A DNA stretch of 60,525 bases, taken from positions 1 through 60,525 of the forward strand of contig JAHJKD010000021.1 in assembly GCA_018822435.1 (NCBI GenBank). The letters run 5' to 3'. This document shows positions 8,779 through 18,772 of the stretch, one piece after another. The DNA comes from Patescibacteria group bacterium. GTDB lineage: Bacteria; Patescibacteriota; Patescibacteriia; UBA9570; JAHJKD01. Both the position numbers and the translations under genes were made by a program. The notes beneath the pieces are model-generated. The model was given only the letters and a program-made list of their open reading frames with translations. It was not told the DNA's origin and did not search any database. Numbering within the stretch: position 1 is the first letter of the stretch; each line of letters begins with the position of its first letter.

Positions 8779-9189
8779 TTATTTTTCCGGAATTATTTCC
8801 AATTTAATTATCCCCTTTTCACCAGATTTGAATTCAAGATCGATTTCATATTCACCGATTTTTTTAATAGGTTTTTTGATTTTGATGATTTCTTCAGTAA
8901 TTCCGGCAACACTGGCAATATCTTTTCCAGTTAAAGCTGCAAATAAACCGCCTTCTTCGTTTGCTTTGACTTTTAAAGTGACTTTTTTATCACTTAATTT
9001 TTCGATTGTTTCTTTATCTTTTTTGGTCAGATCCTCAGCTTTGGCCGCTTTTTCTTTTTGCGCTAACTCAGCTTTTTTAATAGCATCGGCAGTAGCTGAA
9101 ATTGCTAATTTTTGCGGGAAAAGATAATTTCTGGCATATCCGTCCGCGACCTCCTTGATTTCGTTTGTCTTAAGGATGATTACTTTCAT
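8779..9189 (-). CDS. rplI: 50S ribosomal protein L9
   Basis: 136 aa starting MKVIILKTNEIKEVADGYARNYLFPQKLA, the canonical L9 N-domain, followed by a long helix and a C-domain. Confidence 0.9.
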   Translation of the reverse strand: MKVIILKTNEIKEVADGYARNYLFPQKLAISATADAIKKAELAQKEKAAKAEDLTKKDKETIEKLSDKKVTLKVKANEEGGLFAALTGKDIASVAGITEEIIKIKKPIKKIGEYEIDLEFKSGEKGIIKLEIIPEK

Positions 9190-9190
9190 T

Positions 9191-10480
9191 TTATTGGTTT
9201 ATAATTATATTTTTAGCTTCGTCTAATTGGGGATCAATGTCAGCATCAATGTCTTCTATTGTTCTTTCCACTTCAATGTCAGGAGTAATGCCGACTTCAT
9301 CGATATTCTGTAAATTCGGCGTCAGCCATTTGGCAATAGTCAGTTTTAGGCTCGAGCCATCATCAAAAGTCTTATAATCCTGAACAGAACCTTTCCCAAA
9401 AGTAGTTTTGCCCACCAAAGTGGCCAGACTATAATCCTGAAGAGCACCGGCAATGATTTCTGAAGCAGAGGCAGACCCTTCATTAATCAGAACAACTGTT
9501 TGCATGCCCTTTAATTGAGGTGATCCATTGGAATTATATTCTGCCCGTGATCCGTCTGAAAATTCTTCGTATAAAACCGGCTTGTCTTCAATCCACTTAG
9601 AGGCAATATTGATGGAGCTGTCCAGATATCCGCCGGGATTATTTCTAAGATCCACAATTAAGCCTTCCGGATTTTCTAATAGTATTTCATTAACTGCCTG
9701 ATTAAATAAGCCTTCCGTATCCACTGAGAAATGAATAATTTCAATGTAACCGATATCTCCCTGGTCTGTTTTCAGTATTTCCCAACGGACTGAATCAACT
9801 AATATAGTATCCCTAATTATTTCTATTTCCCTTATTTCATCTTCATCTTTTCCAATTACAGTCAGAACAACAGGTGTGCCTTTTTCTCCGCGGATCAGCT
9901 TAATGGCCTGATCCAGCGACATGTTTAATGTATCAGTATCATCTATTTTTAAAATTATATCACCTGTTCTGAGGCCGGCTTTTTGTGCGGGCGTATCTGG
10001 TAACGGGGCAATTACTGTCAATTCGTTATTACGAACGCCAATTTCTGCGCCAATGCCATCAAAAGCTCCGTTCATTTCCGCTGAGAATTCCTCGGTCAGT
10101 TCCGGATCCAAGAAAATCGAGTACGGATCCTGAAGAGAAGCGGTCAGGCCCATTAAAGAGCCGTAGAACATATCCTTTTCTGCAACTGGTTGTTTGTAGA
10201 AATTTTCATTTATTTCATCCCAAACTTTCCAGTAAAGCCTGAAATCAATATTTTCGTCTTCTACGTTTTGATCTGAAGTATTAATTATCCTTTGGATAGC
10301 CTGTTGCGGGCTCAGCCGAGCCTGGTCCCAGACTCCGGTGATGTAACCTCCGGAAAATCCTACTAGGATTAAGAAAATTAAACCAAAAATTGTCAGAATT
10401 ATTTTCCCTTTAGATTTTTTCGGTTTATGTTTTATTACATTGATGCGTTCAAATTTATTCATGGCGGTCAATATCGGCAT
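9191..10480 (-). CDS. ctpA: S41 family carboxyl-terminal processing peptidase with PDZ domain
   Basis: 429 aa. It has an N-terminal TM anchor, a PDZ domain (GLRTGDIILKIDD), and catalytic blocks VVLINEGSASASEI and GKTTFGKGSVQ. An alternative start at 10462 (MNKFERIN) would reduce the overlap with murA to 8 nt. Confidence 0.85.
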   Translation of the reverse strand: MPILTAMNKFERINVIKHKPKKSKGKIILTIFGLIFLILVGFSGGYITGVWDQARLSPQQAIQRIINTSDQNVEDENIDFRLYWKVWDEINENFYKQPVAEKDMFYGSLMGLTASLQDPYSIFLDPELTEEFSAEMNGAFDGIGAEIGVRNNELTVIAPLPDTPAQKAGLRTGDIILKIDDTDTLNMSLDQAIKLIRGEKGTPVVLTVIGKDEDEIREIEIIRDTILVDSVRWEILKTDQGDIGYIEIIHFSVDTEGLFNQAVNEILLENPEGLIVDLRNNPGGYLDSSINIASKWIEDKPVLYEEFSDGSRAEYNSNGSPQLKGMQTVVLINEGSASASEIIAGALQDYSLATLVGKTTFGKGSVQDYKTFDDGSSLKLTIAKWLTPNLQNIDEVGITPDIEVERTIEDIDADIDPQLDEAKNIIINQ

Positions 10481-11717
10481 TTAATTGATTAAGACGGGCC
10501 TGGAGATTTTCATATCCCCGATCGATCTGATAGATATTGCCTATTCTGGTTTCACCTTGGGCAATTAATCCGGCAATAACCATGGCAATCCCAGCGCGAA
10601 GATCAGGACTTTCCACTTCTTTGCCATGTAATTCATGGGCGCCTTTAATAGTTATTTTTTGCGGATTCTCCATGGTAATGTCAGCTCCCATTTTTTTAAT
10701 GGAGTCAATATACATGAATCTATCTTCAAAAATTGTTTCAAACACGGATGAATTGCCTTCAGCTTGGCTAAGAAGGACAGTCATTGGCGCTTGCAAGTCT
10801 GTGGGGAAACCAGGATATTCTTTCGTGGATATATTTATGGCGTGAAGTTTCTTTTTAACCGGACGGATTTCAATCCAATCTTTACCCCAGGAAATGTCTG
10901 CCCCCATATCTTTGAGCATGGTTAGGGGCAATTCACATTGAAGCGGGTTGCAATTCGTGATGCCAATACGGGAATTCGTAGCCACGCCCATTATGGCAAA
11001 GCTGCCGGTTTCAATCCGGTCGGGAATTATTTTGCACTCACCGGCTGAAATAGATTCCACGCCTTCAATAGTGATAGTATGGGTACCAGCGCCTTTTATT
11101 TTGGCGCCCTGCGAATTCAGATATTCAGCTAGGGCGGGAATTTCCGGTTCACAAGCACAGTTTATGAGAGCAGTTGCGCCTTCAGCCAAAACAGCGGCCA
11201 TCATCATGGTTTCTGTGCCTGTAACAGAAGGCTTAGGAAATCTAAAGCGATTTCCTTCAAGTCTTCCTGGTTTTTTAAAAAAATATGAATCGTTTTTACA
11301 ATAATATTTCACCCCTAATGAAGTCAGGCCGTCTATAAATACATCAATTGGCCTTTTGCCAATGGAACATCCACCCGGATGAGGTAAGCTTACTTCATTA
11401 AAACGAGCCAGCAGCGGTCCGATAAGAACGATTGAGGATCTTAGGGTAGGCACTAATTTTTCGTTCAATTTGGGTTTTGATATTCCCTGGCTCTCAATTT
11501 TTAACCGGCTATCTGTTTCCCAGGTGGCAACCGCACCTAAATCCTCTATGATTTCAATAAGACGATTCACGTCTTCAATTCGGGGAATATTTGATATTAT
11601 CATGGGTTCGTCAGAAAGTATGGATGCGGCAATGGCTTTTAATGCCATATTTTTCGCCCCTTTTACTTCGATTTCACCCTCTAATTTTTTTGGTCCGGAA
11701 ATTTCAAAAGAAGACAT
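10455..11717 (-). CDS. murA: UDP-N-acetylglucosamine 1-carboxyvinyltransferase
   Basis: 420 aa. It has KGAKNMALK near the N-terminus and the catalytic Cys loop PHPGGCSIGKRPID. The MurA/EPSP-synthase fold repeats are evident. Confidence 0.95.
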   Translation of the reverse strand: MSSFEISGPKKLEGEIEVKGAKNMALKAIAASILSDEPMIISNIPRIEDVNRLIEIIEDLGAVATWETDSRLKIESQGISKPKLNEKLVPTLRSSIVLIGPLLARFNEVSLPHPGGCSIGKRPIDVFIDGLTSLGVKYYCKNDSYFFKKPGRLEGNRFRFPKPSVTGTETMMMAAVLAEGATALINCACEPEIPALAEYLNSQGAKIKGAGTHTITIEGVESISAGECKIIPDRIETGSFAIMGVATNSRIGITNCNPLQCELPLTMLKDMGADISWGKDWIEIRPVKKKLHAINISTKEYPGFPTDLQAPMTVLLSQAEGNSSVFETIFEDRFMYIDSIKKMGADITMENPQKITIKGAHELHGKEVESPDLRAGIAMVIAGLIAQGETRIGNIYQIDRGYENLQARLNQLNADIDRHE

Positions 11718-11806
11718 ATTAAGTCTTGTTGTATTAATTTTAACTTATGTTATTATAGGTATAATAATTTTGGATTATAACAGAATAATATTAACTCGTC
11801 AAAGTA

Positions 11807-12565
11807 ATGCTGAGAAAAAACAGAAGGATTTATTTTTGGATATTATTTGCTACTGCCCTCTTTATTATATTTGCGGTCATGTTTTTCATCAGCGGCTATC
11901 GCATTAATTTTTGGGACAGACAAATCAGCACGACCGGCAGTATTTTTCTTAAAACTGAACCAAAAAAAGCTGAAGTCGTCCTGAATGACAAGCTTTATAA
12001 AAAAACAACTCCTATTCTAATAAATAACCTTGCGCCGAAGAAATATAATATTAAATTAGACTATCCGGATAGATTCAACTGGGAAAAGACCTTGGATGTC
12101 GAACCCCAAAAGACCACCATAATTGATGAGGTTATTCTTTTTAAGGAAACGACTGAACCAGAACAGATTGAAAAAAAATATGAACGAGAAGACATTATAG
12201 CTTATTTCACCCCAGTGGTTTTTAAAGAACAATACTCTGATTATATGTTTCCAGATTTTCAAACCAAAAACAGGATCATGTTTTATAACAAACATGAAAT
12301 ATGGGTGTGGGATGAAGTTGAAGAATCAAAATCTCTGGTGGTGAGATTGGGTTCAGAAATAAAAGAAGCTATCTGGCATCCGTCTGGAGCCTATATTATT
12401 TATACTGAGTCTAATCATCTCAGAATAATTGAAGTAGACGGCACAGATTACCGCAATAGTTATGATTTATTAGATCATGGTGTAGAAGACATAGAAGTGG
12501 ATGGTGATGGTGAAAATATCTACTTTAAGAAAGATTCTAATTACTGGAAGTTAAATATTCTTTGA
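11807..12565 (+). CDS. membrane-anchored PEGA-domain protein
   Basis: 252 aa. An N-terminal TM helix is followed by a PEGA-type block IFLKTEPKKAEVVLNDKLYKKTTPILINNLAPKKYNIKL and a C-terminal beta-rich domain. Confidence 0.6.
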   Translation: MLRKNRRIYFWILFATALFIIFAVMFFISGYRINFWDRQISTTGSIFLKTEPKKAEVVLNDKLYKKTTPILINNLAPKKYNIKLDYPDRFNWEKTLDVEPQKTTIIDEVILFKETTEPEQIEKKYEREDIIAYFTPVVFKEQYSDYMFPDFQTKNRIMFYNKHEIWVWDEVEESKSLVVRLGSEIKEAIWHPSGAYIIYTESNHLRIIEVDGTDYRNSYDLLDHGVEDIEVDGDGENIYFKKDSNYWKLNIL

Positions 12566-13385
12566 GAGCGTGTTTCCAAGATCGCATTTTTGGAAGTTTA
12601 GTGTTAAGTAAAATTGAATATTCAGGTCGCTTGGCTGGTCTAGGAAATTCATCGGTCGTGCAGGGATCCAGTTTTGTCTGGATCTTTTTTATTTTAAATA
12701 TTTCTTTTGTAAATTCATACCAGGTGCATTCATTTGAATTAGTAGCGTGATATACCCCCAGTTCCAGATTCTTTTTTATAATATGCTTTGTCATTTCAGC
12801 CACATCTCTAGTGTATGTAGGACTACCGTGTTGATCGTTCACTACTTTTAATTCGTCTTTTTCTTTACCTAGATTAATCATAGTGTCAACAAAATTCTTG
12901 CCGCCATGGCCATAAAGCCAGGAAATTCTGATAATATAATAATTATCACAATTTATTTTAATGGCTTCTTCACCTTCAGCCTTTGACTGGCCATACATGT
13001 TTATCGGATCCATATCTGAATAATCTTCTGGATAGCCATTTTTATTCTCACCATTAAAAACATAATCAGTGCTGTAGTGCACTAATTTAATATCATATTT
13101 TTTACTGATTTTAGCTAAATTTTCCGGACCAGTTGCATTTACTGCTAAACAAATATCTTTATTCTCTTCGCAGCCGTCCACATCTGTATAAGCAGCTGCG
13201 TTAATAATGTAATTTGGTTTTTCTTTTTTTATAACTTTTTCTACTTCATCAATATTTGTAATATCTAATCTATTTTTATCAAATAAAAGTAAATCATAAT
13301 CTGAAAAAACTTGGGCCAGATCCTGCCCAAGCATGCCATTGGCACCGGTAATTAAAATTTTACCGTTTTTCATATTGGTCTTCAT
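12537..13385 (-). CDS. rfbD: dTDP-4-dehydrorhamnose reductase
   Basis: 282 aa. Rossmann motif ILITGANGMLGQDL, YxxxK in YGQSKAEGE, and an overall RmlD-like layout. Confidence 0.9.
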   Translation of the reverse strand: MKTNMKNGKILITGANGMLGQDLAQVFSDYDLLLFDKNRLDITNIDEVEKVIKKEKPNYIINAAAYTDVDGCEENKDICLAVNATGPENLAKISKKYDIKLVHYSTDYVFNGENKNGYPEDYSDMDPINMYGQSKAEGEEAIKINCDNYYIIRISWLYGHGGKNFVDTMINLGKEKDELKVVNDQHGSPTYTRDVAEMTKHIIKKNLELGVYHATNSNECTWYEFTKEIFKIKKIQTKLDPCTTDEFPRPAKRPEYSILLNTKLPKMRSWKHALKEYLTSSN

Positions 13386-14367
13386 AGTAATCCTTATATT
13401 CTCCGGATTTTATGTTTTTCCACCAAAGTTCATTTTCCTTATACCAGGCAATGGTATTATCAACGCCTTCTTCAAAGCTGATTTTTGGTTCCCAGCCAAG
13501 CTCATCTTTAATTCTGGAAATATCAATAGCATATCGTAAGTCATGGCCAGGTCGGTCTTTGACATACTCTATACTATCATCTCCTTTGCCCATTTTTTTA
13601 AGAATAGTTTTGGTGATGGTCATATTGTTTTTCTCTTCTTCGCCACCAACACAGTAAGTCTCCCCTATTTTGCCTTTTTTTACAATAACATCAATAGCCT
13701 CGCAATGGTCTTCTACATATAACCAGTCGCGAATATTTTTGCCATCGCCATAAACAGGAACTTTTTTGCCTTCTATTAGGTTTGTAATAAATAAGGGGAA
13801 TAATTTTTCTGGAAACTGAAAAGGGCCATAATTATTAGAACAGTTAGATATCGTGATTTCTAGACCGTATGTGTCAGCATAAGCGCGTACTAGATGGTCT
13901 GAGGAGGCCTTAGACGCGGAATAAGGGCTATGCGGGTCATAACAAGTCTTTTCATTGAACCTAATCACCTCATCGAGGTCCAGAGAGCCGAATACTTCAT
14001 CAGTAGAGATGTGATGGAAGCGCTTTTTATATTTCACAGCCGCGCCTAACAAAACCTGTGTTCCTAGAATATTGGTTTTTAAGAAAGCAGCTGGTTCTAA
14101 GATTGACCTGTCAACATGAGACTCAGCCGCAAAGTGGACTATCAAGTCGACTTCTTTAACCAGTTTATCAACTAGTTCTGAATCTAAGATATCGCCTTTT
14201 ACGAATTTATGATTTTTATTTTCTTCAACTGATTTTAGATTCTCTAGATTTCCCGCATAAGTCAAAGCATCCAGATTGATGATCTCGTCTTTGGGGTATT
14301 TGTTGAGCCAATAAATTACAAAATTGGCGCCGATAAAACCTGCTCCTCCGGTAACTAATAATTTCAT
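13360..14367 (-). CDS. rfbB: dTDP-glucose 4,6-dehydratase
   Basis: 335 aa with [24 protein letters not shown] and YSASKASSDHL, a typical RmlB. Confidence 0.95.
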   Translation of the reverse strand: MKLLVTGGAGFIGANFVIYWLNKYPKDEIINLDALTYAGNLENLKSVEENKNHKFVKGDILDSELVDKLVKEVDLIVHFAAESHVDRSILEPAAFLKTNILGTQVLLGAAVKYKKRFHHISTDEVFGSLDLDEVIRFNEKTCYDPHSPYSASKASSDHLVRAYADTYGLEITISNCSNNYGPFQFPEKLFPLFITNLIEGKKVPVYGDGKNIRDWLYVEDHCEAIDVIVKKGKIGETYCVGGEEEKNNMTITKTILKKMGKGDDSIEYVKDRPGHDLRYAIDISRIKDELGWEPKISFEEGVDNTIAWYKENELWWKNIKSGEYKDYYEDQYEKR

Positions 14368-14374
14368 AATGCAA

Positions 14375-15058
14375 TTAAATTAACTCGACTTTCTTATAAT
14401 AGTCAATAATACTTAGAACAGCCTTAGCTTGCCTGCGGTCTATTAACCTGACCTGGTTTGTCTGGTCAGTGGTGTCTCCATCTAAAAAGACAAATATGTC
14501 TTTTCTACTTAATTCATTGATTCGATATGCAATCGCTGAATCTTCCCCAGATAAAGGGACGAAATCCTTTGCCGGAACTCCAAAAATATCTCGATCCCGA
14601 TTAGCCGCTAAGAGAGCAAAAAACTCATCAATTTTCTTATCCCATTCCGGACCCATGACTTTTTTTAATTTTGTCAGAAACTTTGGTTTTTCAAGACCTA
14701 AATCAGGGCTTTTTCTAAATAATTCAACTTTCCTAACAATGTCTTGGGCTTCTTCAAAAGGAATTCCATATAATTGGGCGAGGGTTTTTTCTATACTTGC
14801 TCCAGGATGAAGGCTCATGTGTTCTTCTACTAAAATACCGTCCATTTCATAAAATAAATCATCAGATATTCTTCCCGCCTCTAAATCTTCAGCATTTTTT
14901 CGACGTTGCTCTCCTATAGATCGAATTTTTTCCGTGTCATGCCGAGCCACATTTCGCCTTTGAACTTCAAACTGTGATGAACTTAATAATTTTGATAATC
15001 TTTTTAAATCATCAACTTCAGGAAGCTTTAATTTTTCCGCACCTCTCTCAAGAGACAT
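14375..15058 (-). CDS. hypothetical soluble protein
   Basis: 227-aa ORF with no TM helices and no motif I recognise. It starts 1 nt after the ahcY stop and ends 7 nt before the rfbB start, so it is very likely co-transcribed. Confidence 0.5.
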   Translation of the reverse strand: MSLERGAEKLKLPEVDDLKRLSKLLSSSQFEVQRRNVARHDTEKIRSIGEQRRKNAEDLEAGRISDDLFYEMDGILVEEHMSLHPGASIEKTLAQLYGIPFEEAQDIVRKVELFRKSPDLGLEKPKFLTKLKKVMGPEWDKKIDEFFALLAANRDRDIFGVPAKDFVPLSGEDSAIAYRINELSRKDIFVFLDGDTTDQTNQVRLIDRRQAKAVLSIIDYYKKVELI

Positions 15059-15059
15059 G

Positions 15060-16316
15060 TTATGTGCCTAATTGCCAAGAAGCTAAATATTCAACTTGTT
15101 CAGGAGTTAACGTATCAATTTTTATACCCATGGAATCAAGCTTGATCTCCGCGATCATGTTATCAAGTTTTTCCGGTAAGACATAAACCTTGTTTTCCAT
15201 CTTTTTATGATTTTTCTTCACGTACTCAGCCGCTAAAGCCTGATTGGCGAAACTCATATCCATGACAGATGGCGGGTGTCCTTCGGCTGAAGCCAGATTA
15301 ATTAATCGGCCTTCAGCCAGAACACGTATATGTTTATTACCAGGCATTGTATATTCCATGACAAAATCCCGGACTTCTCTCTTTTTTATAGAATTTTTTC
15401 GAAGCCATTTCATATTAATTTCATTGTCAAAATGACCAGAGTTACAAACAATGGCACCATCTTTCATTTTTTTCATGTGTGGGCCATCAACCACATTTAA
15501 ATCACCGGTAAGGGTGACGAAAAAATCTCCAAGCGGAGCCGCGTCCATCATAGGCATGACCTGAAAGCCATCTAAGACGGCTTCGATAGATTTAATAGCA
15601 TCGACTTCAGTTACGATTACATGAGCGCCCATGCCCCTGGCTTTAGTGGCAAAACCGCGGCCACACCAACCATAACCAACCACAACAATTGTTTTTCCAG
15701 CCAGAAGGACGTTTGTGGCCCTGACAATTCCATCAACAGTACTTTGGCCGGTTCCGTATCTGTTATCAAAGAAATGCTTTGTTTTTGATTCATTAACTGC
15801 GATTACCGGGAAAATTAATTTGCCGGCTTTTTCCATGCTTTCCAGGCGAACAACTCCGGTGGTAGTCTCTTCGGTGGAGCCCCAGATATTTTCGGCTAAA
15901 TTTTTCCGTTTTGAATGAAGCAGGGCGACTAGATCGGCGCCATCATCCATGGTTATTTCTGGCTTGGTATCCAGAACAGCATTTAAATGTTTGTAATAAG
16001 TTTTTCTGTCCTCGTTGTTGATCGCAAAGACGGGAATCTTATAGTCGTTAACAAGAGAAGCGGCCACGTCATCCTGGGTGCTTAGGGGATTAGAAGCGCA
16101 TAAAACCGCATTAGCGCCCCCTTCTTTTAAGGTCCGCATGAGATTGGCTGTTTCCGCGGTCACGTGAAGGCAGGCCGCGATGCTTATATTTTTTAAAGGC
16201 TTGGTTCTTTTGAACCTTGTTTTAATTGTGCGCAACACGTCCATTTGTGATTCCGCCCATTCGATCCTTTTTTTACCTTGAGGAGCAAGTTTGATGTTTT
16301 TAACGTCTGATTTCAT
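15060..16316 (-). CDS. ahcY: adenosylhomocysteinase
   Basis: 418 aa. NAD-binding motif [13 protein letters not shown], with strongly conserved SAH-hydrolase blocks throughout (e.g. [14 protein letters not shown]). Confidence 0.95.
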   Translation of the reverse strand: MKSDVKNIKLAPQGKKRIEWAESQMDVLRTIKTRFKRTKPLKNISIAACLHVTAETANLMRTLKEGGANAVLCASNPLSTQDDVAASLVNDYKIPVFAINNEDRKTYYKHLNAVLDTKPEITMDDGADLVALLHSKRKNLAENIWGSTEETTTGVVRLESMEKAGKLIFPVIAVNESKTKHFFDNRYGTGQSTVDGIVRATNVLLAGKTIVVVGYGWCGRGFATKARGMGAHVIVTEVDAIKSIEAVLDGFQVMPMMDAAPLGDFFVTLTGDLNVVDGPHMKKMKDGAIVCNSGHFDNEINMKWLRKNSIKKREVRDFVMEYTMPGNKHIRVLAEGRLINLASAEGHPPSVMDMSFANQALAAEYVKKNHKKMENKVYVLPEKLDNMIAEIKLDSMGIKIDTLTPEQVEYLASWQLGT

Positions 16317-16369
16317 TTTTAGATTTTATTGAGACGCGATAAATCGCGCCTTTACTTAAAATTAATTAT

Positions 16370-17302
16370 TTATATATCTTGTTTAAAGCTCTCTTTATAT
16401 CTATTTTTAAATTCGTCGATTTCAAAAAAGTGTTCTTGCGTGCCGTATTCTTCCACCGCATAAGTAGCTGTGAGTGAACCTAATTGGCCGCAGGTTTTTA
16501 GGTCTTTGCCATTTGTCAGGCCATGAATAAATCCGGCCCTATAAGCATCACCGGCTCCGGTCGGATCAGTGACTTTTTTTGGCTTCACGGCTGGAATTTT
16601 TATTTCTTCATCTTTAGTTCTGATAATAGATCCTTCTTCACTGTTGGTAGTCACAACTATTTCACATGCATTTTGAATTTCTTCAAGTTTTAAACCTGTT
16701 TTCTTTTTGGTCAGCTCTAATTCATATCCATTAGAGAAAAAAGCCTTGGCACTCAAAATTAATGAATTAAGCTGATCTTTGTCTAAATAGGTCAGCATTT
16801 GTCCGGGATCAAATAAATAAGGAATTTTTTGGTCCAGATAAGCATCCTTATAATGTATCATGTCATCTAAATTACCTGGCGCAATAATGGCAATATCATT
16901 TTCATCTCCGTTTATCTTTTGCTTTGATGGCGTGGCCATGGCTCCCATATAAAAACCAGCGATCTGATTATCAGCGTCGTCTGTAATAATGTGAGCAGTG
17001 GGTGTAAGTTCATTATTGACCTTTTTAATCTTTGACAAGTCAATTTTATGCGTTTCCAGCCAATTGCGGTATTTATCGAAGTCTTTGCCAATCGTGCCTA
17101 AAACAGTCGCTTCTTGCCCAAATAGGGACAAATTAAAAGCGATATTGCCAGCTGTGCCGCCAAATCTTTCTTCGATTCTTTCAATTGGAAAACTCACGTT
17201 CAGAACGTGAATCTTGTCCGGCATGATGTTGTCCTTAAAATAACCGGGAAAATTCATTATCCGGTCATAAGCTAAACTGCCTGATACAAATATTCTCCTC
17301 AT
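16370..17302 (-). CDS. PfkB-family carbohydrate/nucleoside kinase (adenosine kinase plausible from context)
   Basis: The anion-hole motif DPTGAGDAYRAGF and an N-terminal GSLAYD are present. I prefer the start MRRIFVSGSLAYD at 17302 over the track start at 17353, which would overlap rfbC by 47 nt. Confidence 0.8.
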   Translation of the reverse strand: MRRIFVSGSLAYDRIMNFPGYFKDNIMPDKIHVLNVSFPIERIEERFGGTAGNIAFNLSLFGQEATVLGTIGKDFDKYRNWLETHKIDLSKIKKVNNELTPTAHIITDDADNQIAGFYMGAMATPSKQKINGDENDIAIIAPGNLDDMIHYKDAYLDQKIPYLFDPGQMLTYLDKDQLNSLILSAKAFFSNGYELELTKKKTGLKLEEIQNACEIVVTTNSEEGSIIRTKDEEIKIPAVKPKKVTDPTGAGDAYRAGFIHGLTNGKDLKTCGQLGSLTATYAVEEYGTQEHFFEIDEFKNRYKESFKQDI

Positions 17303-17306
17303 AGTA

Positions 17307-17765
17307 TTATTGATTTTTAATTTCCCAATCAAAGCCGATGCCAGGATCGTCAAACGCGATTCTTTCCTCGTCCGGATCCTTAGGATCGTATGATTCGGTT
17401 GTAAAATAAATTAATGTGAATGGTTTTTCACCTAAAACCCGGTAACCATGCGCAACGCCTTTAGGAATTACAATTAAAACCGGTTCGGCATTGTCGCCGA
17501 CAGCAATTTCCATGGTCTCGCCTTTTGTGGTTGAGTCTTCCCGTAAATCATGCAGCACTACTTTGGCATTGCCGGAAACAGCATACCAGAGGTCATCTTG
17601 CCGCTTGTGCCAATGGAAAGCTTTGATAACATTTGGGTAAGTTACTGTCATTGATGCCTGCCCAAACTTTTTTAATAATTTATCATCATTGCGCAAGATT
17701 TCACGGAAGTTTCCCCGGTCATGGGCAAGAGTTTTGATTGGTCTTAATTGGACTCCGTCTATCAT
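17307..17765 (-). CDS. rfbC: dTDP-4-dehydrorhamnose 3,5-epimerase (short cupin type)
   Basis: 152 aa. RmlC-like cupin with DRGNFRE, FHWHKRQDDLWYAVSG and PKGVAHGY. Confidence 0.85.
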   Translation of the reverse strand: MIDGVQLRPIKTLAHDRGNFREILRNDDKLLKKFGQASMTVTYPNVIKAFHWHKRQDDLWYAVSGNAKVVLHDLREDSTTKGETMEIAVGDNAEPVLIVIPKGVAHGYRVLGEKPFTLIYFTTESYDPKDPDEERIAFDDPGIGFDWEIKNQ

Positions 17766-17779
17766 ATATTATTTAATCC

Positions 17780-17824
17780 AGCCCTTCGATACTGTTTTTG
17801 CTTCGCAAAAACTTACTCAGGGCT
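17780..17824 (-). promoter_or_regulatory. nested hairpin between rfbA and rfbC
   Basis: The inner 8-bp stem is GTTTTTGC (17794-17801) paired with GCAAAAAC (17805-17812). It is enclosed by the outer pairing AGCCC (17780-17784) / GGGCT (17820-17824). No clear U-run follows on the minus strand. Confidence 0.3.
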
Positions 17825-17832
17825 TTACTTTA

Positions 17833-18558
17833 TTATTTATTATTATGTCTATCTGCGGCCAGGTTACAGGCTTTGAGGTAAGAATCAAATGATTCGCCGC
17901 CATCGCCCCACCAGCCGGCGAGTTTTTTATATGTAAGCTCTCCTTTGTCGGCGTAATAATTATTTACGTCAGTTATCTCCAATTCTCCGCGGCCTGAGGG
18001 CTTAAGATTTTTAATAACATCCCAGACCTGGGAATCATAAATATATAAGCCGATGACTGCCTGGTCTGTTTTTGGATTGGCCGGCTTTTCTTCTATGCTT
18101 TTAATTTTATCGCCTTGAATTTCAGCTACGCCGAATGACCTGGGATCCTGGACTTCTTTCAAAAAAACTTTAGCGCCTGTTTTTTGCTTTTTGAAATCTT
18201 CAACCGCGTCCTTAACGGGATCTTCGATCAAATTATCACCAAGCATTACCATGACCTCTTCGTGATCAGAAAAATCTTCACAAATTCCCAGAGCCTGGGC
18301 AATGCCGCCGGCTTCCTCTTGCACGCCATATGAAAACCGGGCACCGAAGTCTCCGCCCGACTTTAATAATTCTAAGAAATGTCCGGCATGGCCCTTGCCT
18401 GAGACGATCATTATGTCTTTAATGCCGGCATTAACCAATGTTTCTATGGGATAATAGATCATTGGCTTGTTATATATGGGCAGTAAATGCTTATTTGTGA
18501 CTTTGGTCAAGGGAAAAAGCCTTGAACCAGTTCCTCCGGCTAAAATTATTCCTTTCAT
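17833..18558 (-). CDS. rfbA: glucose-1-phosphate thymidylyltransferase (short form)
   Basis: 241 aa starting MKGIILAGGTGSRLFPLTKVTNKHLLPIYNKPMIYYPIE, the sugar-1-P nucleotidyltransferase signature. It lies in an rml context. Confidence 0.85.
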   Translation of the reverse strand: MKGIILAGGTGSRLFPLTKVTNKHLLPIYNKPMIYYPIETLVNAGIKDIMIVSGKGHAGHFLELLKSGGDFGARFSYGVQEEAGGIAQALGICEDFSDHEEVMVMLGDNLIEDPVKDAVEDFKKQKTGAKVFLKEVQDPRSFGVAEIQGDKIKSIEEKPANPKTDQAVIGLYIYDSQVWDVIKNLKPSGRGELEITDVNNYYADKGELTYKKLAGWWGDGGESFDSYLKACNLAADRHNNK

Positions 18559-18568
18559 ACTCGCATTA

Positions 18569-18772
18569 TTATAGTTTTTTTTGCAATATTTGTAAACTGC
18601 CGAATATTAGGCCGCAAACCACAACTATCCACAATATAATATTTAAATTAAAAAAGTATTGAAAAAAGTTATTAGTCAGTCCATTAATCACTAAAAACAG
18701 CAAATAAAATATCAGGGAAATCGAAAATAAATCTTGGAAAATCCTGGTCATTTTTTGAATATTTTCTGCCAT
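18569..18772 (-). CDS. hypothetical small two-TM membrane protein
   Basis: 67-aa ORF with two hydrophobic helices. It overlaps the end of the upstream 460-aa ORF by 25 nt. Confidence 0.4.
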   Translation of the reverse strand: MAENIQKMTRIFQDLFSISLIFYLLFLVINGLTNNFFQYFFNLNIILWIVVVCGLIFGSLQILQKKL

